The notes under the pieces: generated by a model
The model's database searches: none
What the model was told of the DNA's origin: nothing
Seen by the model: only the letters and a program-made list of their open reading frames with translations
Translations under genes and position numbers: made by a program
Virus record (IMG/VR): IMGVR_UViG_3300035162_004655
Location: 3,576-67,575 of that record
Length of the DNA stretch: 64,000 nucleotides
From: a virus
Strand: one strand, 5' to 3'
Part shown: positions 58,536 to 64,000 of the stretch, piece after piece
Layout: every line of letters starts with the position of its first letter
How positions within the stretch are numbered: position 1 is the first letter of the stretch

Positions 58536-60071
58536 ATGTCCGAAGATCTAAATAATTTTTTCAAATTAATATCAGAAGATAAGAAGAAAAAGAAGGAAGA
58601 ATTTGATTCTATGGTGGGAGATCTGGGATTAGATGCTCTCTTCAATGAATTTGCTGGATTGAAAAAGAAAGAAAAAGAAAAAAAATCTAAAAAGAAAGAA
58701 CCTTCTATAGGTAATATTAATTTAGATTCTGTTTTTGAAGAAGTATCAAATCTAAAAAAAGAAACTAAAAAGAAAAAAATAAAAGAAGAAAAAACGGTTA
58801 AAGCTTTCGAAAAATGGTTATATTCTGATTCTGAAAAAGAAGAAGAAGAAGTGATTAATGAAGTTATAGAAAAGTCTCTGGATGAAGTTCTTGAGGTTAT
58901 TGAAGAAAATGAAGAAAAACTAGAAAAAACAGAAGAAATAAAAGAAAAAACTTTTGTTGATGGATCATTAAAAGTTCTCACTGAAATAGGAAATAATCAA
59001 TCAGAAAATATTAAAGAACCTGATAAAAAGTTTGCAACTTTAGAAGATTTAGATAGACATTATAAAGTATTTCTTTCTCGTATTCAACAGCAGTTATCTT
59101 CACTTGGTGGTGGAGGTGAAGTTCGTCTTGAGTTCTTAGATGATGTCGATAAAAATACCGCAAAGGTTGATGGCAAGTTCTTAAAATATCAGTCTTCAAC
59201 TGGCAAGTGGATTGGTGCTGATGCTTCCGGAGGAGGAGGTGGAGGAGGAGGTATAAGTGGAATAACCATTAAAGAAGAAGGGTCTGTTATTGGCACTTCA
59301 AATAGTATTCGAGATATTAATTTTGTTAGTGATAATTTAACGGCATCCGGATCTGGTATTGGTGCCACCATTACATTATCAGATACACCAACATTTACTT
59401 CTATAGTAATAGGATCTGGAGTAACTATTAACTCTGATGGTATCAATGTTACTGGTGTAGTAACTGCCACTTCTTTCAGTGGTTCTGGAATTGGACTTAC
59501 AGGATTGACTGGTGCATCTGCTGCAACTTATGGGGATGCATCTAATGTAGCTCAAATTGTAGTAGATGCTAATGGCAGAATAACTGGTATTAGTGAAGTC
59601 ACTATCTCCGGAGGAGGTGGTGGAAGTCCTGGTGGTTCTGATGGACAGATACAATATAACAATGGAGGTGCTTTTGGTGGTGCGACACAACTTTTTTATG
59701 ACGACTCAAATAATCGTGTTGGTATAAATTCCGCAACACCAACGGAATCTCTTGATGTCATTGGATCTGTTAAGGCAACAGATTTTAATACAACATCTGA
59801 TCAAAATTTAAAGGATAATATAAAAACAATTGAAAACCCATTATCGAAAGTTCTTAGTATTCGTGGTGTGAACTTTGAATGGAAAGATAGTAACAAAGCA
59901 TCTGCGGGTGTTATTGCTCAAGAAGTAGAAAAAGTTCTCCCCGAACTTGTTACTGGTCAGAATACAAAAACGGTTAATTATAATGGACTTATAGGACTTT
60001 TGATTGAAACTGTCAAAGAACAGCAAAAGCAAATTGATGCTTTAAGTGAAAAAATTTCCAAATTCGAATAA
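58536..60071 (+). CDS. Fibre protein with N-terminal K/E coiled coil and C-terminal S74 chaperone
   Basis: GGGEVRLEFLDDVD, VGINS motif and TSDQNLKDNI...GVIAQEVEKVLPELV...VNYNGLIGLLIE. Confidence 0.8.
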   Translation: MSEDLNNFFKLISEDKKKKKEEFDSMVGDLGLDALFNEFAGLKKKEKEKKSKKKEPSIGNINLDSVFEEVSNLKKETKKKKIKEEKTVKAFEKWLYSDSEKEEEEVINEVIEKSLDEVLEVIEENEEKLEKTEEIKEKTFVDGSLKVLTEIGNNQSENIKEPDKKFATLEDLDRHYKVFLSRIQQQLSSLGGGGEVRLEFLDDVDKNTAKVDGKFLKYQSSTGKWIGADASGGGGGGGGISGITIKEEGSVIGTSNSIRDINFVSDNLTASGSGIGATITLSDTPTFTSIVIGSGVTINSDGINVTGVVTATSFSGSGIGLTGLTGASAATYGDASNVAQIVVDANGRITGISEVTISGGGGGSPGGSDGQIQYNNGGAFGGATQLFYDDSNNRVGINSATPTESLDVIGSVKATDFNTTSDQNLKDNIKTIENPLSKVLSIRGVNFEWKDSNKASAGVIAQEVEKVLPELVTGQNTKTVNYNGLIGLLIETVKEQQKQIDALSEKISKFE

Positions 60072-60120
60072 TTAACTAAATACCTATACTAAAACTACCC
60101 AGTGTATACGAGGACGGTAG

Positions 60121-63100
60121 ATGGCTATTAAGGTTCAGGGCATAACAGTCATTGATGACGGTAGAAATATCATCAATGGTATAGGAGCATCTTTTTCAGG
60201 TATTATAACTGCAAACACTTTTGTTGGTTCTGGTGCATCACTTACTAATATTCCTAGTGGAGCACTAACAAACAATAGTGTTAATTATGGTGGAGTAACT
60301 GTATCTCTTGGTGGTACTGATGCAACACCGGCATTTGATCTTTCTGATGCTACTGCATATCCATATACTAGTCTTACTGGAATTACTACTGAAATATTAG
60401 GTGATACGACACCACAACTTGGTGGGAATTTAGATCTTAATAGTAAGTTTATAACCGGAACTGGTGGAGTCAATGTTACTGGTGTTATAACTGCTACTGA
60501 ATTTAGTGGTTCTGGTGCTTCACTGACTGATATTCCCAATGCAGCATTAACAAACTCATCAGTATCTTATGGTGGAGTAGAACTAAGTCTTGGTGGTACT
60601 GATGCAACACCGGCATTTGACTTATCCGATGCTACTGCATATCCATATACTAGTCTTACTGGAATTACTACCGAAATATTAGGTGATACGACACCACAAC
60701 TTGGTGGGAACTTAGATATTAATAGTAAGTTTATAACGGGAACAGGTGGTATTAATGTCTCCGGTGTAATAACTGCAACAAGTTTTGATGGTAATATAAC
60801 AGGAGATATAACCGGTAATGCGGATACGGCAACATCATTAGCAACCGCAAGAACATTTGAATTAACCGGAGATGTTGTTGCTTCTCAGATTAGTTTTGAT
60901 GGTACTGGTAATGTATCTTTAGCGGCAACAATCCAACCTAATAGTGTTGCTCTTGGTGGTGACACTACTGGTGATTATGTTTCTTCTATTAGTGGAACTT
61001 CAAATCAAATAACAGTAAGTAGTGGAACGGGAGAAGGTTCAACACCTGTTATTTCAATTCCAAATAACCCAACACTTCCTGGAACAACAGTTACTGTTGC
61101 AACTGACTTACAAGTTAATCGTAATTTAAATGTTACTGGGAACATAACAATTGGTGGTACTTCTGCTACATTATTTACTGAAACTTTAAAGATTAGTGAC
61201 CCGGATATTATTGTTGGATTTAGAACTGATATTAATAATAATGATATTTCGAATGATACTACAGCAAGTCATGGTGGCATTGCGATTGCATCAACAGAAG
61301 GAAGTCCCTTAGTAAGTTTTGTTGGTGGCGGTGGAACAATTCCTGTCACATATAAAAAGATCTTTTGGTTTGAGTCTGGTGCTTTTACTGGACTTGCTAC
61401 TGATGCTTGGTTGACAAACTATGCATTTGGTGTCGGAACAACATCAATGTCGGCAGGCACTAAGTTTGCCGTTGGTAACATCGAAACAGATTTTGATGAT
61501 ATTACGTCTGTTAGGCACATCAATTCATCGGGTGTTGTAACTGCAACCACTTTTAGTGGTTCTGGTGCCAACTTAACATCAATTCCTAATGGAGCACTAA
61601 CAAACTCTAGTATTACTATTGGTGGTGTAACTCTCAATTTAGGTGATACTGATGCTACACCGGCATTTAACTTAAGTGATGCTACTGCTTATCCCACTTC
61701 TAGTTTAGTTGGAACCATAACTAATGCACAATTAGCAGGTTCCATTGCGAATGCTAAGTTAGCAAACTCAACCATGAGTGTTGGTGGTGTGACTTTAACA
61801 CTAGGAGCAACTGATGCTACTCCAGCATTTGATCTTTCCGATGCTACTGCTTATCCTTATACATCTTTGACAGGAATTACTACAGAAATTGTAGGTGATA
61901 CTACTCCACAGTTAGGTGGAAACTTAGATCTTAATAGTAAGTTCATAACCGGAACAGGTGGTATTAATGTTTCTGGTGTTATAACTTCTACTACTTTCAG
62001 TGGTTCTGGTGCATCATTAACTTCAATTCCTAATGGAGCACTAACAAACTCTAGTATTGCCATTGGTGGTGTAACACTTAACTTAGGTGACACTGATGCG
62101 ACACCGGCATTTGACTTAAGTGATGCTACTGATTATCCATTCACTTCTTTAACGGGTATTACTACCGAAATTGTAGGTGATACTACTCCACAGTTAGGTG
62201 GGAACTTAGATTTTAATAGTAAGTTTATAACTGGAACAGGTGGCATTAATGTCTCCGGTGTTGTAACTGCAACATCATTCTCTGGTTCTGGTACAAATCT
62301 AACGGGATTGACTGGTGCTTCTGCTGCAACTTATGGTGATTCTAGTGCAACTCCAGTTATTGTAGTTAATTCTGATGGAAAAATTACTGGAATTAGTACT
62401 GTTTCTATTTCCGGTGGTGGTTCCGGTGGTGGTTCAATTGGAATTCAATCTGCCGGATCCTTGATAGGAACTGCATCGACTATCAACTTTACTGCAGGTT
62501 CAGTATCTGTAAGTAATGATATAGCATCAGTTTCTGTGGGATCTTCAATCAGATTTGTGGGTGCCAGAATGTATAATGATAATTATTCTGTTACTGCTAG
62601 TGGTAGTTGGACAGCGGTTACTAATTTTGATGGAACATCCATAGATACAAATTCTTTTGCTAATACTACGAATGGGACATTTACAATTCCTGCTGGAGTA
62701 TCAAAGGTTAAAATATCTACAAATATAAGAGTAGTTGCTAATGGAAATACTAATAACCAATGGCAGATTTATAAAAATGGATCTGAATTTGCTGTTATTG
62801 ATGGTGGATTAAATATCGACATAGATGGAACCTCTGGATATAGCAATCCAGGAACTTTTGGCCAAACTGCTATTATATCTGTTGTAGAAGGAGATTATTT
62901 TAAACTTAGGTATTTTGTTTCCAACACTAATCTAGATGTTGATCTATGGTATCAAATAGAGGTTGTTGAGGGATCATTATTGGGTCATTATTTTGCTTCT
63001 ACTAATGTAACGAATGCTGATAATATTACAGTTCAGGCAAATAATTCTACTAATGAAATAGTATATCCAGTATTTGTAGACGGAGCAACCGGAGTTCAGG

Positions 63101-63915
63101 GACCAGAAACAGATACTGGATTAATGTATAATCCATCAACAGGTATTTTAAGTACTACCACTTTTAGTGGAAATTTACCGACAACAGATCTCACAGGAAC
63201 CATAACGAATGCTCAACTTGCCGGTTCTATTGCAAATGCTAAGTTAGTAAATGATAGTGTTTCCTTTGGTGGAGTATCTGTTGACTTAGGTGCTTCCGAT
63301 GCTACTCCAGCATTTAATCTATCTGATGCTACCGCTTATCCCACTTCTAGTTTAGTTGGAACTATAACTAATGCTCAACTTGCCGGTTCTATTGCCGATG
63401 CTAAGTTAGCAAGCACATTCCTTAAGAATGTAGTAGAAGACACTACTCCACAATTAGGTGGTAACTTAGATTTTAATAGTAAGTTTATAACCGGTACTGG
63501 TGGTATTAATGTCTCCGGTGTTGTAACTGCCACTTCTTTCAGTGGGTCTGGTTCAGCATTAACTGGATTAACTGGTGCTTCTGCTGCAACTTATGGTGAT
63601 TCTAGTGCAACTCCAGTTATTGTAGTTAATTCTGATGGAAAAATTACTGGAATTAGTACTGTTACTATCTCTGGAGGAGGAGGAGGAGATACTGTTAGTA
63701 TTACATCTAATGCTGCTGATATTCTATCCGTATCTTCTGGAGCAATTAGTGCTGATGATGCTGGTGCAGATAAAATAGTATTTTGGGATGATACTGAAGG
63801 CAAGTTGACTTATCTTACTGTAGGTACTAATTTAAGTATTAGTGGAACTACAATTTCTGCTTCTGGAGGTGGAGGTTCAGGACCAGATCCAGTAATCATG
63901 GGAATGATATTCTAA
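60121..63915 (+). CDS. Repeat-rich tail fibre protein
   Basis: Repeated TDATPAF(D/N)LSDAT and DTTPQLGGNLD.NSKFITG units; late box ACTAAATA at 60075. Confidence 0.8.
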   Translation: MAIKVQGITVIDDGRNIINGIGASFSGIITANTFVGSGASLTNIPSGALTNNSVNYGGVTVSLGGTDATPAFDLSDATAYPYTSLTGITTEILGDTTPQLGGNLDLNSKFITGTGGVNVTGVITATEFSGSGASLTDIPNAALTNSSVSYGGVELSLGGTDATPAFDLSDATAYPYTSLTGITTEILGDTTPQLGGNLDINSKFITGTGGINVSGVITATSFDGNITGDITGNADTATSLATARTFELTGDVVASQISFDGTGNVSLAATIQPNSVALGGDTTGDYVSSISGTSNQITVSSGTGEGSTPVISIPNNPTLPGTTVTVATDLQVNRNLNVTGNITIGGTSATLFTETLKISDPDIIVGFRTDINNNDISNDTTASHGGIAIASTEGSPLVSFVGGGGTIPVTYKKIFWFESGAFTGLATDAWLTNYAFGVGTTSMSAGTKFAVGNIETDFDDITSVRHINSSGVVTATTFSGSGANLTSIPNGALTNSSITIGGVTLNLGDTDATPAFNLSDATAYPTSSLVGTITNAQLAGSIANAKLANSTMSVGGVTLTLGATDATPAFDLSDATAYPYTSLTGITTEIVGDTTPQLGGNLDLNSKFITGTGGINVSGVITSTTFSGSGASLTSIPNGALTNSSIAIGGVTLNLGDTDATPAFDLSDATDYPFTSLTGITTEIVGDTTPQLGGNLDFNSKFITGTGGINVSGVVTATSFSGSGTNLTGLTGASAATYGDSSATPVIVVNSDGKITGISTVSISGGGSGGGSIGIQSAGSLIGTASTINFTAGSVSVSNDIASVSVGSSIRFVGARMYNDNYSVTASGSWTAVTNFDGTSIDTNSFANTTNGTFTIPAGVSKVKISTNIRVVANGNTNNQWQIYKNGSEFAVIDGGLNIDIDGTSGYSNPGTFGQTAIISVVEGDYFKLRYFVSNTNLDVDLWYQIEVVEGSLLGHYFASTNVTNADNITVQANNSTNEIVYPVFVDGATGVQGPETDTGLMYNPSTGILSTTTFSGNLPTTDLTGTITNAQLAGSIANAKLVNDSVSFGGVSVDLGASDATPAFNLSDATAYPTSSLVGTITNAQLAGSIADAKLASTFLKNVVEDTTPQLGGNLDFNSKFITGTGGINVSGVVTATSFSGSGSALTGLTGASAATYGDSSATPVIVVNSDGKITGISTVTISGGGGGDTVSITSNAADILSVSSGAISADDAGADKIVFWDDTEGKLTYLTVGTNLSISGTTISASGGGGSGPDPVIMGMIF
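62311..63663. repeat. 93 bp identical direct repeat (62311-62403 and 63571-63663) within the fibre gene
   Basis: Compared base by base; offset 1260 bp (420 codons). Confidence 0.85.
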
Positions 63916-63936
63916 ATATAACAGGGAGATAAAAAC

Positions 63937-64000
63937 ATGGCTGCACCAAACTTAAAAAGTCCAACAACAATTACTGGAAAGACTGCAAGATATGCTGTGA
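63937..64000 (+). CDS. 5' end of the next late gene (MAAPNLKSPTTITGKT...), truncated
   Basis: GGGAG SD and TCTAAATA late box at 63911. Confidence 0.7.
   Translation, partial: MAAPNLKSPTTITGKTARYAV

Noticed and set aside
1750-63803. Many minus-strand and alternate-frame ORFs in the track (e.g. 1750-2172, 2916-3413, 40183-40503, 58511-58981)
   Set aside because: They are shadows of G/T/S-rich or K/E-rich + strand genes, with no SD, promoter or protein motif.
60121-63915. Diversity-generating retroelement template/variable repeats
   Set aside because: No reverse transcriptase in the window. The repeat differences I checked are mostly synonymous and not adenine-specific.
56676-64000. Missing terminase large subunit after g16
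   Set aside because: The g15-g18 interval is a known variable region in T4-like cyanophages. g17 probably lies beyond the window.
1-64000. tRNA, rRNA or tmRNA genes; restriction-site avoidance
   Set aside because: No cloverleaf or rRNA-like segment seen by eye (tRNAscan would be decisive). K-mer bias cannot be quantified without computation, so I make no claim.

Overview
This window is a 64 kb piece of a T4-like marine cyanophage genome (Kyanoviridae-type). The call rests on the gp25-gp6-gp7-gp8-VrlC-like-gp13-gp14-gp15-gp16 gene order, a phage-type CP12 and NATAAATA late promoters. Layout: (1) 1-4.9 kb, the end of a tail-fibre block. (2) 4.9-26.3 kb, an accessory early/middle region of many short ORFs, punctuated by ten copies of a fixed-geometry dyad + -10 promoter element. 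It also holds an SF2 helicase, two GIY-YIG endonucleases, a PD-(D/E)XK-like nuclease, CP12, and a cassette of three 2OG-Fe(II) oxygenases, a gp38-like polyglycine adhesin and two Cys-rich DUF6171-like proteins. A non-coding hub at 22.3-22.85 kb has three phased DnaA boxes, direct repeats, divergent promoters and a palindrome array. A KxDG ligase-like gene sits next to a HicA-like gene. (3) 26.4-64 kb, baseplate, neck, tail-terminator and small-terminase genes, then the variable region after g16, with a candidate protease-processed polyprotein and repeat-rich fibres. I saw no tRNA, rRNA, CRISPR array or reverse transcriptase. All family calls come from motif recognition by eye, not database searches.
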